IMG/VR virus record: IMGVR_UViG_3300042991_000196
Span: 1-59,494 of that record
Source of the DNA: a virus
Taxonomy: Duplodnaviria; Caudoviricetes
Strand: one strand, 5' to 3'
Length of the DNA stretch: 59,494 bases
Numbering within the stretch: the stretch's first letter is position 1; every line of letters starts with the position of its first letter. Positions 1-8,783 of this stretch are shown one piece after another. Position numbers and translations under genes: made by a program. A model generated the notes under the pieces. It was not told the DNA's origin, made no database searches, and saw only the letters and a list, made by a program, of their open reading frames with translations.

Positions 1-1
1 G

Positions 2-199
2 AGCATCTTTCCATTCTTTATCTGTAAATGATCCAGTTTCATAAACAATTTTAGGATTTTCCAGTTTAACGCATGTCTTATTAACTTCAACTAATTTGCC
101 AGTGTAAATATAGATTGCACAAAAAAATGTTACAGTTTGTCCTAATAATGACTCAAGACCCTCTTCTGATACTTCTACTACATTGTTAATTACTTTCAT
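2..199 (-). CDS. Sm/LSm-like fold phage protein (partial, runs off left edge)
   Basis: Hand-translated MKVINNVVEVSEEGLESLLGQTVTFFCAIYIYTGKLVEVNKTCVKLENPKIVYETG...; GGAG RBS upstream; resembles the Sm1 pattern. Confidence 0.55.
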   Translation of the reverse strand, partial: MKVINNVVEVSEEGLESLLGQTVTFFCAIYIYTGKLVEVNKTCVKLENPKIVYETGSFTDKEWKDA

Positions 200-227
200 T
201 TTTTAATTCTCCAATAAACATTTTAAG

Positions 228-1019
228 TTACTGAATGATCGTTTTGCCTGCAAGGTATGCTTTAGCAAGTTGATCGAGTGTAATGTTTTCAACCTTTGGC
301 ATATCAAATACTCGTGATTTAGCTTCAAAGCTGAGTTTTTCTGTAAAAAAGATCTGACGCTTAGTTCCTTGAGTTGTTAATAAGTATGCTTCATCAAAGT
401 CACATGCAAGAAGTTGCCTAAATTGTCCATTAACTGCTGGATATCGTCCGACAACTTCTTGATTGCTATTCATCAGGGTATGCAAATGTACTGTAACTGC
501 TACTGCACAAGGAAGTTCTTGCAATGTGCTAATAAATGTAGTCATCCAATTAAGCAGTTGTCCCCAATGCGGTGGTGCCATACCAAGTTTCATGTCAATC
601 TTTTTGCCAATACCACTCGGAGTAACTCCAGCCTTTTTAGCTATTTCATCAATGGCTTTCAGGTTCACATTTGTTAAACTGTCAATAACAAGCAGGCCAG
701 AATTTTCTGCAAGCCAATCAAAAAGGCCATCTTTTTCATCTTGTTGAAATTGATGCCAAAAATCGCTAAACTGTTGTTTACTTGAAGAAAAGTTATCTAT
801 TGTTATATCTGTGCGACTTGATGCAATTTTCTCTATTGTCTTCTCGCCGCCTTTATCGAACATGTAATAATGAATTGGCCCAGAAGTATATGTTGCTGTG
901 AAGTGCGTTTTACCTGAACCTGAATTGCCTGTTAGCAAAAACTTCAAATTGAATTTACGTTCTTTATTAAGAAGTCTTTGCTTATTCGGAGGCATAAGTG
1001 TTTTTACTTGATTATCCAT
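228..1019 (-). CDS. Sak4-like/AAA_24 RecA-fold ATPase (recombination)
   Basis: Walker A GNSGSGKT, Walker B LLVIDSLT, C-terminal EAKSR; coupled to a PD-(D/E)xK nuclease. Confidence 0.75.
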   Translation of the reverse strand: MDNQVKTLMPPNKQRLLNKERKFNLKFLLTGNSGSGKTHFTATYTSGPIHYYMFDKGGEKTIEKIASSRTDITIDNFSSSKQQFSDFWHQFQQDEKDGLFDWLAENSGLLVIDSLTNVNLKAIDEIAKKAGVTPSGIGKKIDMKLGMAPPHWGQLLNWMTTFISTLQELPCAVAVTVHLHTLMNSNQEVVGRYPAVNGQFRQLLACDFDEAYLLTTQGTKRQIFFTEKLSFEAKSRVFDMPKVENITLDQLAKAYLAGKTIIQ

Positions 1020-1999
1020 TACTTTTCCTCCTCAGTTAAAAGTCTTTTTCTCATGTTTTCATCATGCTCATCAGGATCCCAAGCATTGAAATGAAATCCT
1101 TGAGGTGCTTTATCAAACCAAGCAAGGGGATTGTTTCTCATTTTGCAAAGATCAAAATAAACACATGGAGACATAAAGCTGGTACATGATTGACCATAAC
1201 AACGATAGAATGATTTCAGGAGATCAGCACGATCTTTGCACCGCTCTTTGTCTTCTTCAAGGATTTTAATATCTTCTTGAATTTTATTTACATAGTAGAT
1301 CAGGTCATGCAAAAAATGATCTATTGCACTTGATCTTTTGCTAATTGTAATTGGCTGAAAATCAATTTTACTTTTTTGACAAAGGGCTATTCGATAAGTG
1401 ATTTTTGGAATCTTATCATAGAATAATCTTCCGGCAGTCAAATAGCCGTCCGTTTGAAAGCTGTTTTCAAATATTTGTGGTGTGATCGCATAGATTGCTT
1501 TAGCTGTCTTGTGATCGAATATTTCGATGCCATCACCATCACTTAAGATAAGGTCAATTCGTCCGATATAACGAGGAAGATGTGAACCATAATGTGATAG
1601 GTCAATGGCAAATGGAGCTTCAACAGCCAGCACATCGCGTTTTGCTGAATCCATTTCCATGAAACGATCCCAATATGCTTTGTACATATTTGCAGCATGT
1701 CCTGGGGATTTAGGAAAGATTAGGTCTTCGTCTTTCCAAAGAGGCGCTCCATCAAGAGCCCAGAGCTTGTTGAATGCTTTTATTGAATGGATTGTTAGAT
1801 CCATTGGATTGACTGCTTTTGGATCTGCTTGCAAGAGTTTGTATGATTCTTCCAGGCCATAGTGCCAGCAAGAACCAAAGACAAGATGAATTGAATTGCC
1901 TTGCGGACGCAAATGCATCATGTATTGGAAGAGGAATTTACGAGGGCATCCCATATAAGTAGATAATGAGGAATAATCTATTTTCTCTGTATAATTCAT
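1019..1999 (-). CDS. Cas4/RecB-like PD-(D/E)xK exonuclease
   Basis: N-terminal SSLSTYMGCPRKF, GRIDL..IFDHKT catalytic motifs, C-terminal Cys cluster (Fe-S type). Confidence 0.85.
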   Translation of the reverse strand: MNYTEKIDYSSLSTYMGCPRKFLFQYMMHLRPQGNSIHLVFGSCWHYGLEESYKLLQADPKAVNPMDLTIHSIKAFNKLWALDGAPLWKDEDLIFPKSPGHAANMYKAYWDRFMEMDSAKRDVLAVEAPFAIDLSHYGSHLPRYIGRIDLILSDGDGIEIFDHKTAKAIYAITPQIFENSFQTDGYLTAGRLFYDKIPKITYRIALCQKSKIDFQPITISKRSSAIDHFLHDLIYYVNKIQEDIKILEEDKERCKDRADLLKSFYRCYGQSCTSFMSPCVYFDLCKMRNNPLAWFDKAPQGFHFNAWDPDEHDENMRKRLLTEEEK

Positions 2000-2037
2000 A
2001 AAAATCCTTTATGATTATTGTTTAATAAATTTTTTTA

Positions 2038-2538
2038 TTATACGTGTATCCAGAACCATCTTTTATTATTTTTTATTCTTGAAATATTTCCTACATTTAC
2101 ACCATGTAATCGAGCTAATTTAATAGCTAAACCTTTTTCAGGCTTATACTTCAACATCCATTTAATTACTTTAACACATTCTTCATTTAGTTTTTGATTA
2201 CCTTGGTGATTTCTTTTTACCATGTCTATTGCATTATCAGAAAGATTACCTAAAATTAAATGTTGTGGATTTACGCATTGTGGATTGTCACAGGTATGTC
2301 TTACTATTTCATTTGATCTTATTGGACCTTTAAAAGTCATATAAGACATTCTATTGGTTAAGTAAGATTTATTTCCATAATATATTGAACCATAATTAGA
2401 TGAAGAAATAGCACCTTGCCAATTCCAGCAAATGTCATTTTGACCAGGTTTAAATGCATTATCAGGGAAAAAAGATAAAAATCTTTCTTTAAACTGAGGA
2501 AAACTCTTAAAGTTTCTAATATCAAATTGATAAGACAT
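2038..2538 (-). CDS. HNH homing endonuclease
   Basis: CWNWQG..YG..VRHTCDNPQCVNPQHL..N motif plus C-terminal HTH; AT-rich. Confidence 0.9.
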   Translation of the reverse strand: MSYQFDIRNFKSFPQFKERFLSFFPDNAFKPGQNDICWNWQGAISSSNYGSIYYGNKSYLTNRMSYMTFKGPIRSNEIVRHTCDNPQCVNPQHLILGNLSDNAIDMVKRNHQGNQKLNEECVKVIKWMLKYKPEKGLAIKLARLHGVNVGNISRIKNNKRWFWIHV

Positions 2539-2558
2539 ACTAAAATCCTTGTTTTAAT

Positions 2559-2591
2559 AAAAAGGCCAGAGAAATTAATCTCTGACCTTTT
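2559..2591 (-). terminator. Intrinsic terminator after ORF 2618-2983
   Basis: aaaaggccagaga-loop-tctctgacctttt hairpin with A/T tracts on both sides. Confidence 0.7.
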
Positions 2592-2617
2592 CGTTAGTTT
2601 CTTAAACTAATTAAAGT

Positions 2618-2983
2618 TTAGCGGGCATTGTTAAAGTTAGCCAGAACTGCCTCACGAACTTCAGGCGGCAGATTGCCGAGTGCTTCGAGGGCTTTTTCCT
2701 CAGCAGTCTTGGTGATGCGGAGAGTTGGCTTCCAGTCACTGAAGTCTTCTGCAAGGATAGCTTCATCAGAATTGCTGAATTCATCATTGTCATCCTTCTC
2801 CTCGAGCTTGCGGCGAACTACAGCACGGAAAGAGACCTTGAGCTGGTTCTTGATCTGATTTACTGCCAGATCTTCGCCGAGAGCCTCTACCAGTTCCTCG
2901 ATAGTAGATGCGCCCATAACGGCTGGTTCTGTTACAGTAATCTCGCGGCTGGCCTGGTTTGATACCACTTTAATCATAGTCAT
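2618..2983 (-). CDS. Hypothetical protein, monocistronic and probably highly expressed
   Basis: Own promoter and terminator, AAGGAG RBS, C-ending codon bias. Confidence 0.8.
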   Translation of the reverse strand: MTMIKVVSNQASREITVTEPAVMGASTIEELVEALGEDLAVNQIKNQLKVSFRAVVRRKLEEKDDNDEFSNSDEAILAEDFSDWKPTLRITKTAEEKALEALGNLPPEVREAVLANFNNAR

Positions 2984-3092
2984 TTTTGAATCTCCTTAAA
3001 AAAGATTTAATAGTTTGGGCAACATGCCCAGTTAATAGACCGTTATTTTCCATTCCGGTTTTTTCCGGTTTGGGTTTTTCCGGTATGCGCCC

Positions 3093-3121
3093 ACTATAAT
3101 AAAAAAAATCGGCGCTGTCAA
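3093..3121 (-). promoter_or_regulatory. sigma70-type promoter
   Basis: TTGACA-17 nt-TATAGT on minus strand, A-rich upstream. Confidence 0.85.
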
Positions 3122-3200
3122 CAATTTTTTTATCTTTTTTTAACCTTTTTTCATTCTATTTTCCTTCTTTATTAAGGTTTAAGTTTATTGTTTTTCAATG

Positions 3201-3536
3201 CTATTTTGAATGAATTGTTCCAATGATTTTCATGAAAGCTGAATCAATCTTAGTTTCAGGGTATGATACGTTTTGAGACACTTTTCTAAAACCACATTCG
3301 TTATCAGACCAAATAATTCGATATATTTTATCGTTGGGCTGTGCAATGTTTATGATGAGGTCATTTTCATACATCATGACATTATTCATATCACGCTTTC
3401 CAATGTATTGTTCGATGTCTTTTAACTTAAATGGTGTTGTTTGAAGAGTTTCGATTTTGAAATCATAAATAAAAGATAAGTTTTCATCAGAATACCAGTA
3501 AGCATTTCCATCCCAGGCACGAAATCGTTTAATCAT
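3201..3536 (-). CDS. YopX-family protein
   Basis: KRFRAWD..EQYIGKRD.N..MYENDLI..IIGTIH signature. Confidence 0.85.
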   Translation of the reverse strand: MIKRFRAWDGNAYWYSDENLSFIYDFKIETLQTTPFKLKDIEQYIGKRDMNNVMMYENDLIINIAQPNDKIYRIIWSDNECGFRKVSQNVSYPETKIDSAFMKIIGTIHSK

Positions 3537-3551
3537 TTATTTTAAGCTCCT

Positions 3552-3740
3552 TTATTCAATGTTCCATTGATGGCCACAATCAAGGCATTCGTCATAATAG
3601 CATTCAGGTGAAATGAAATTATCTTCAGAATGCTTTTTGACTATGTTAAATTCATAGCAGATTGGGCACATTTTACCTTTTTTAATTAAAGATTTAAATT
3701 CCAAATCATCAGATAAAAATTCAATTAATTTATCTTTCAT
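3552..3740 (-). CDS. Small Zn-ribbon protein
   Basis: CPIC...CLDCGHQW. Confidence 0.65.
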   Translation of the reverse strand: MKDKLIEFLSDDLEFKSLIKKGKMCPICYEFNIVKKHSEDNFISPECYYDECLDCGHQWNIE

Positions 3741-3749
3741 TTAATTTGA

Positions 3750-6113
3750 TTAACTCCTTTGATTGATGTTTTCTTGTTTGATTGCTTGAGCAATTTCATA
3801 AAGTTCTTTGTTTACTTGAAGAGCCGCTTTGAATGTTTGAGGAAAAGTTGCCTGACATTCACTAAGATCAAGTTTATGCAAGGCTCTACTTGCAGCAACA
3901 TAGAGGATGTTTGTTTCTTCTTGTGTTGGAACAGCCTTATCAGATGGTATTTTAAAATCATTTGCCAGCTTAACTACTGACCATTCGAGGCCTTTGCTTT
4001 TGTGTGCTGTAGTTATTGTAACTGAAGCATCTTCAGCGGATTCTTTAGTGCTTTCAAGTATGTTTAGTAGTCTTTCGCGTCCATAAGATTCAATGAGCTT
4101 GAGAATTGCTTTTAAGTCTCCGCCCATCGGGGAATCTGCATATTCTTTGAGATCAGCAAAGCTTGTAAATAAGAATAAATCAGGGTGATTTGAATATCCT
4201 TTTAGTTTAAGTTGAAAAATACTATTAATCAGGTATGTTAATGGCTGAGTTCCTCCTAAGATATGAACAGTTTTATTTTGATCTAAAGCATGAATTGTTT
4301 CGTTAATTACACCTTTGTTTGTTCGGCAAATAACACAGTTGATGTTACTTAGTGGTGTGTAAGATATTTGTGATTTAATCGTGTCATTTCCATAAAAGGG
4401 GATGTAAGTAAAATCAGTTGGATAGTAATTTTCGATGATGTTGTTTGCCAGATTTGCTATTGCATCACCGAACCTGAATGATCGCGTGATATATAGTTTG
4501 GCAAGTTTTTCATCTTGCAGGGCATTTACTGCACCACGCCAGGAATTATGAGTTAATAATCCATCAGCAAAATAATTATGATTTTTCTTTACTTCAAGTG
4601 AATATACTTTTCCTTTATAATCTTCTTTATATATGTAAATTTTTTCCCAATGTTCTTTAGTTGCGCTCCTGTTTGATTGTCCAGGCTTTTTAAGACCATT
4701 TTTTAATGGCAACATTAACATACCTTCATGCAGATTTGCGGCTGCTGTAATAGTAACTCTACGATTACCAATCATATTAGCATATCCAGCCGTCCATAAA
4801 GGTATATCTAAAAGAAGGCCAAAAAATTCAAGGCAGTTTTTACCTCGATTAGAATTATCTCCAATAAAATTCCAAAAATAATTTAAGTCTATTCGATGTT
4901 TATCTTGTTCACGAAAACATACTCCAGGTAATCCAAACTGTGCTTGATATAGAGCTTCATATAATGAAGATTCTTCAGAAGAATTTTGTATAGAAAGAAT
5001 CCATGCAGCATCAGCCTGTTCAACAGATGCACGTAAATTTAATCCAAATTGGCCCTGTTGACTTGAATAAAGATATGGTATTTTTCCTATTCTAAATTGA
5101 TTTCCTTTTCTCATAAGATAGACAATATGTTTATCTTTCATTTCCGAACCTATTCTAACCATACATTGATGTTGAGGAATATATTTAGATATACAGCCAG
5201 AATTAGTTGTAGCAACAATTAATTTTCCTTCATAATCTACTTCAGTAATAGATTTAACTGGATTACCTGTAGGAAATACATAACTATCATCAAAAGTAAT
5301 TACATTATCACCTACTTTAATGTCTTCGATAAATTTATCTTTAGGAAAGCATTTATCTCCACGACATTTTGCCATTGAAATAATAGTTCCAGCAGGTTGA
5401 CAATAGATTTGCTGGAATTGGTCTCCAACAAAAATCTTCTGGCAAGATTGATTCTTTATTATTTGAGCTATAACTGGGTTACTGTCTTGGTATTCGTCGA
5501 AGAATATGTAATCAATATTTATTTTTGGATTACTTAAAGCCCAAATCTTTAGATAAACATCATGAGTTATCGGAAGATCCGAATCTAAACGGATCATTTC
5601 ATTGAAGACTTGATTGGCATTTTGAATTAGGTCTTCTTTCATCAAATCAATGTCAGTATCATCGCGAGTAATGGTTAATTGTGGCAAATGTTTCCAGGCC
5701 ATTGTTTCATCAGCCGAATAGCAATATTTTCTGATTGTATTTAAGATCAAGTAACCTTTATTTGATGGGCTGTTATATGGTTGCCAATCGCCAATGTCCA
5801 TAATATCTGCAAGATATTTGCCAGTGAGCTTACGAAGGCGCTTTTTGTATTTATAACCAACTGCACCATAAGCAAGAGCATGACCTGTTTTGCATGTTAC
5901 TGCTGAGGTGAATTTTTTAGATGCTTCATCAGCAAGTATTTTGTTAAAGCTGATCGATAGTCCATGCCCGGTCATTTTGCGTGCAAGTGCAAGTAAGAGA
6001 AATGTTTTGCCTGAACCTGGAGGTGCTTGAATGGCATGGTCGGCGCCTTGTGTGATTGTGTTGATGTGGTTTTCTTGCTCTGCTGTGAGAGTTTTTCCTT
6101 TATATTTGATCAT
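3750..6113 (-). CDS. UvrD/Rep-like SF1 helicase interrupted by an intein
   Basis: APPGSGKT, FDEYQD, VGDQFQQIY|SWRGA, SFRFG, TAHKSKGLEW, YVAASRA. Confidence 0.92.
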   Translation of the reverse strand: MIKYKGKTLTAEQENHINTITQGADHAIQAPPGSGKTFLLLALARKMTGHGLSISFNKILADEASKKFTSAVTCKTGHALAYGAVGYKYKKRLRKLTGKYLADIMDIGDWQPYNSPSNKGYLILNTIRKYCYSADETMAWKHLPQLTITRDDTDIDLMKEDLIQNANQVFNEMIRLDSDLPITHDVYLKIWALSNPKINIDYIFFDEYQDSNPVIAQIIKNQSCQKIFVGDQFQQIYCQPAGTIISMAKCRGDKCFPKDKFIEDIKVGDNVITFDDSYVFPTGNPVKSITEVDYEGKLIVATTNSGCISKYIPQHQCMVRIGSEMKDKHIVYLMRKGNQFRIGKIPYLYSSQQGQFGLNLRASVEQADAAWILSIQNSSEESSLYEALYQAQFGLPGVCFREQDKHRIDLNYFWNFIGDNSNRGKNCLEFFGLLLDIPLWTAGYANMIGNRRVTITAAANLHEGMLMLPLKNGLKKPGQSNRSATKEHWEKIYIYKEDYKGKVYSLEVKKNHNYFADGLLTHNSWRGAVNALQDEKLAKLYITRSFRFGDAIANLANNIIENYYPTDFTYIPFYGNDTIKSQISYTPLSNINCVICRTNKGVINETIHALDQNKTVHILGGTQPLTYLINSIFQLKLKGYSNHPDLFLFTSFADLKEYADSPMGGDLKAILKLIESYGRERLLNILESTKESAEDASVTITTAHKSKGLEWSVVKLANDFKIPSDKAVPTQEETNILYVAASRALHKLDLSECQATFPQTFKAALQVNKELYEIAQAIKQENINQRS
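4545..5402 (-). mobile_element. Intein (286 aa) in helicase motif III
   Basis: Begins CQPAGT, ends YFADGLLTHN before extein Ser; removal restores QQIY-SWRGA. Confidence 0.92.
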
Positions 6114-6349
6114 AATATTGACTCGATGAGAGTTTTATGGAGAAAGGTATTAAATTCGCTGACTTTGCAGTCCATTAGGCCAGAATGCTTGATTTTACAA
6201 TCTGAGATGACAAGTCTTTGTATCCAGGTGTTAAAGAATTTTATGTTGATGATTTTTCCTTCTACGTTCGGGATGCGCTTTGTTATCCACTGATTCTTTT
6301 TCTTTTTTCGTAGATCATTTATCAGTTTGATATATTCTTCAATTGACAT
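6110..6349 (-). CDS. Hypothetical early protein
   Basis: RBS AGGAGCTAATCATG, operon context. Confidence 0.7.
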   Translation of the reverse strand: MSIEEYIKLINDLRKKKKNQWITKRIPNVEGKIINIKFFNTWIQRLVISDCKIKHSGLMDCKVSEFNTFLHKTLIESIL

Positions 6350-6644
6350 GATTAGCTCCTTTTAATAGTTTACACACGTTTATAGTGACAAAGCCTGATG
6401 AAATGGTAAATTCAGGTGGATGGATGATTTTGTTCTCAATAAAGGCTTTTAAGATGCCTTCATTTTCGCTCCAGTCTTTGATGCAGACATATTTTTTGGG
6501 GATAGAATGGTCTGGTAGATTGACTGATGCTTTTAATAGGACTTCGTTATTATGGTAGATGATGATTGCTGGCCGATTGTTTGGATAAGTGCATAACTTA
6601 ATTGTACAATGGTTGTAAGTTCCATAATTTAGTTTGATTTGCAT
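6339..6644 (-). CDS. DUF4313-like hypothetical protein
   Basis: YPNNRPAI..ASVNL..SENEGIL..IENKII..SGFV pattern. Confidence 0.5.
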   Translation of the reverse strand: MQIKLNYGTYNHCTIKLCTYPNNRPAIIIYHNNEVLLKASVNLPDHSIPKKYVCIKDWSENEGILKAFIENKIIHPPEFTISSGFVTINVCKLLKGANHVN

Positions 6645-6931
6645 GGTGGATTTTCCTTGAGGTATTCTTTGTTAGTGTATAGGGCGAAAAATTTGATACC
6701 CTGGTAAATACATGATTTTTCCCATTTATACTTAGTAGTAGCCAGTTTTTGCCAAACAGGAGAGATTCCTGAAAGTGTTAATGATGTTAAATGAACATGC
6801 ATAGTTGATTCATAATTAATGGTGCAACTGATGATATTGGTGATTTGTAAATCTTTAAGTACGCTTGCTGTTAGGTGAAGCTGTCTGATTATTTCTTTTG
6901 ATGATTGCATGTTTTCTTTGGTTGATTGCAT
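6629..6931 (-). CDS. Hypothetical early protein
   Basis: Operon context; duplicated start MQSTKEN/MQSSKEI. Confidence 0.65.
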   Translation of the reverse strand: MQSTKENMQSSKEIIRQLHLTASVLKDLQITNIISCTINYESTMHVHLTSLTLSGISPVWQKLATTKYKWEKSCIYQGIKFFALYTNKEYLKENPPCKSN

Positions 6932-6964
6932 ATTGTGTTCCTATGATGTGCTTCTATGATATGG

Positions 6965-7019
6965 TGTCCCTGCGTGCCAGCCGCCTTCGGCGTCTGGAAA
7001 TCAGGGGATTCGTATGGTT
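6965..7019 (-). repeat. AACCATACGAATCCCCTGATTT element followed by GCC-GAA-GGC stem-loop
   Basis: 18 bp identical to 15392-15409; split copy at 13797-13832. Confidence 0.8.
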
Positions 7020-7260
7020 AAATGCTTAGCTTGTTGGATTCTTTCCAGATTTGTTTAATGATGTCTGTTGATTCCTGGCTTGCTGGTGCTTCAGGATTGT
7101 TAGTTAAGGTGCAACATATGAGGATTGCTGTTCGCATGATTGCACTGTTTGATCTGAGCTTTGTCGCTGGTATGCCATGTGCGATTAGGCCATCGAGAGC
7201 TTTAGCAAATTCATGTAGGTTTACTCGAGTTGATATGGTTCTTGAATTGGCAGTTTTCAT
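7018..7260 (-). CDS. Putative ribbon-helix-helix protein (paralogue family)
   Basis: RTISTRVNLHEFAKAL..SNSAIMRTAI. Confidence 0.55.
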   Translation of the reverse strand: MKTANSRTISTRVNLHEFAKALDGLIAHGIPATKLRSNSAIMRTAILICCTLTNNPEAPASQESTDIIKQIWKESNKLSI

Positions 7261-7274
7261 GATGGTTCCTTTGA

Positions 7275-7556
7275 TTAATATTGGCTAAGATCGGCAAGTT
7301 CATATTCGCCTGATGCTATATTCTTTTTGATAGTTATTAGATTTTCGCCAAGGAATTGTTTAAGGTATTTAGATGTAGTCACGCTGGTGTTCCAGTTATT
7401 AATGTCAAGTTTGACTTTTCCTTGGATAGGTTGAAATGCGATTAAAAGATCGTATGAACTGAAGAAAATTCCTTTGGGTGTATGAAGAATGTATTGATTT
7501 AATGCCTCATTACCCCTGGAAGTGTATAGGTTTTTAATTGACTTGATGTTATCCAT
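7275..7556 (-). CDS. Conserved uncharacterised phage early protein
   Basis: NQYIL..FFSSY..IA..LD..W..SVTTSKYLKQFL pattern. Confidence 0.7.
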   Translation of the reverse strand: MDNIKSIKNLYTSRGNEALNQYILHTPKGIFFSSYDLLIAFQPIQGKVKLDINNWNTSVTTSKYLKQFLGENLITIKKNIASGEYELADLSQY

Positions 7557-7558
7557 AG

Positions 7559-7828
7559 TTAGGCCTCCTTGTTGATTGAAATGATTTCTTTGAGAGTTAT
7601 TTGCTTGACCGCTGGCATGTTGATGAACTGTATGATTTCATCTAAGATGCTTTGTGGGATGGTATTTGGCTTGTTAGAGGACATTTTTATAAGCCAACTG
7701 AGGTAAATGGTTTTGGTTAGGTCATTTAAACTGCTGGGTTTATAAGTTGGTTCAAGTTGACGAATCGCCCATAAGCCGTGGGCAAGTTGCTCTGGGCTAA
7801 GGCGTAAAGTGATTCGGATGTTTTTCAT
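7559..7828 (-). CDS. Putative ribbon-helix-helix protein (paralogue family)
   Basis: ITLRLSPEQLAHGLWAIRQLEP..SSLNDLTKTIY. Confidence 0.65.
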   Translation of the reverse strand: MKNIRITLRLSPEQLAHGLWAIRQLEPTYKPSSLNDLTKTIYLSWLIKMSSNKPNTIPQSILDEIIQFINMPAVKQITLKEIISINKEA

Positions 7829-7849
7829 GATTTAATGATCTCCTGGAGG

Positions 7850-7969
7850 TTATTCAAAACAAAATTGGATGTCTTGAAATTGTTTGTACCATGCTTCAAT
7901 GAACCACTTCGGGAGATAGGCAGGATTTTTTCGATTCATGAAGGCGATAAATCGTTTTGAATATTGCAT
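7850..7969 (-). CDS. 39-aa hypothetical protein (not in ORF track)
   Basis: MQYSKRFIAFMNRKNPAYLPKWFIEAWYKQFQDIQFCFE behind the shared AGGAGCCAATCATG start motif. Confidence 0.6.
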   Translation of the reverse strand: MQYSKRFIAFMNRKNPAYLPKWFIEAWYKQFQDIQFCFE

Positions 7970-7990
7970 GATTGGCTCCTTTGTTGAGGT

Positions 7991-8006
7991 TGTTCATTGG
8001 TGAACG
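7991..8006. promoter_or_regulatory. YGTTCA-N4-TGAACR palindrome copy 1
   Basis: tgttcattggtgaacg, intergenic. Confidence 0.7.
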
Positions 8007-8012
8007 GTTAAG

Positions 8013-8477
8013 TTATTCAACATGAACTGGTGCCTTTTTTGCCATAGATGACAGGATTGCTTCTCGTTGTTCAGGGGATAGATTTGCAAGCATTTTTATG
8101 ATTGTTTCCTTGTTGGTTGATTGTTTGGTTGATGGAGTTGATGGTTTCTTGGTGGCTTGTTTTGCCTGGAGTTGCTGGAGTTGTAGCATTTCATGGACAA
8201 TTATGTGTTCTTGATAATCGAGTGCCTGGTATGATTTGCTGGCGGTTTCCCATTGAAGTTGAATTGCTTTGTAATGGGAAGTTATTTCGTCGAGTTGATT
8301 TTTGATGATGGTTAGTTGTGGATACTGGGCTGTTTTTAATTCTTGGCTTTGTTTTTTAATGCATGTGAGACATTTTTGTTGATAATCAAAGGACTGTATT
8401 TTGGGAATTTTCGAGATGATGTAGTTTGTTAAGTTTTGGTCATATTGCTGGTTGCAGAGTGGGCAAGTTTCTGGCAT
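8013..8477 (-). CDS. Zn-finger/coiled-coil protein with C-terminal LANLSPEQ motif
   Basis: CPLC..CLTC, coiled coil, shared start motif. Confidence 0.7.
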   Translation of the reverse strand: MPETCPLCNQQYDQNLTNYIISKIPKIQSFDYQQKCLTCIKKQSQELKTAQYPQLTIIKNQLDEITSHYKAIQLQWETASKSYQALDYQEHIIVHEMLQLQQLQAKQATKKPSTPSTKQSTNKETIIKMLANLSPEQREAILSSMAKKAPVHVE

Positions 8478-8508
8478 GGTTGGCTCCTTTTTGATGGTTG
8501 AGGTTTAT

Positions 8509-8577
8509 TAACTAATAAATCAAAAGAATCATTGATGAGTGGCTGATAGGTCAATGATTCTTTTAGTTTATTAGTTA
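8509..8577. other. 27-bp intergenic stem-loop (25/27 complementary)
   Basis: taactaataaatcaaaagaatcattga / tcaatgattcttttagtttattagtta. Confidence 0.8.
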
Positions 8578-8587
8578 TGGGAAGTTA

Positions 8588-8773
8588 TTAAAGCAAGTCC
8601 ATTAGGTAGTCTGGTTCAAGGCCAAAGAACTCTTCACAGATATTGTGTGCTGCCTCTTGATCGTCTGCTTCAAGATATGCGTGAAGGGCTTCACGAGCTT
8701 CGGCTATTAAGTCATCTGCTTCAGTTGAAGTGAGGTCGTCCCGGCGCATGATGGTTTGTTTGAGTGACTGCAT
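8588..8773 (-). CDS. Small acidic helical phage protein (FGLEPDY motif)
   Basis: Shared start motif; D/E-rich. Confidence 0.75.
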   Translation of the reverse strand: MQSLKQTIMRRDDLTSTEADDLIAEAREALHAYLEADDQEAAHNICEEFFGLEPDYLMDLL

Positions 8774-8783
8774 GATTGGCTCC

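Noticed and set aside
7991-8006. Palindrome as LexA box or canonical parS
   Set aside because: The Gram-positive LexA box is GAAC-N4-GTTC (opposite half-site order), and canonical parS needs a CACGTG core
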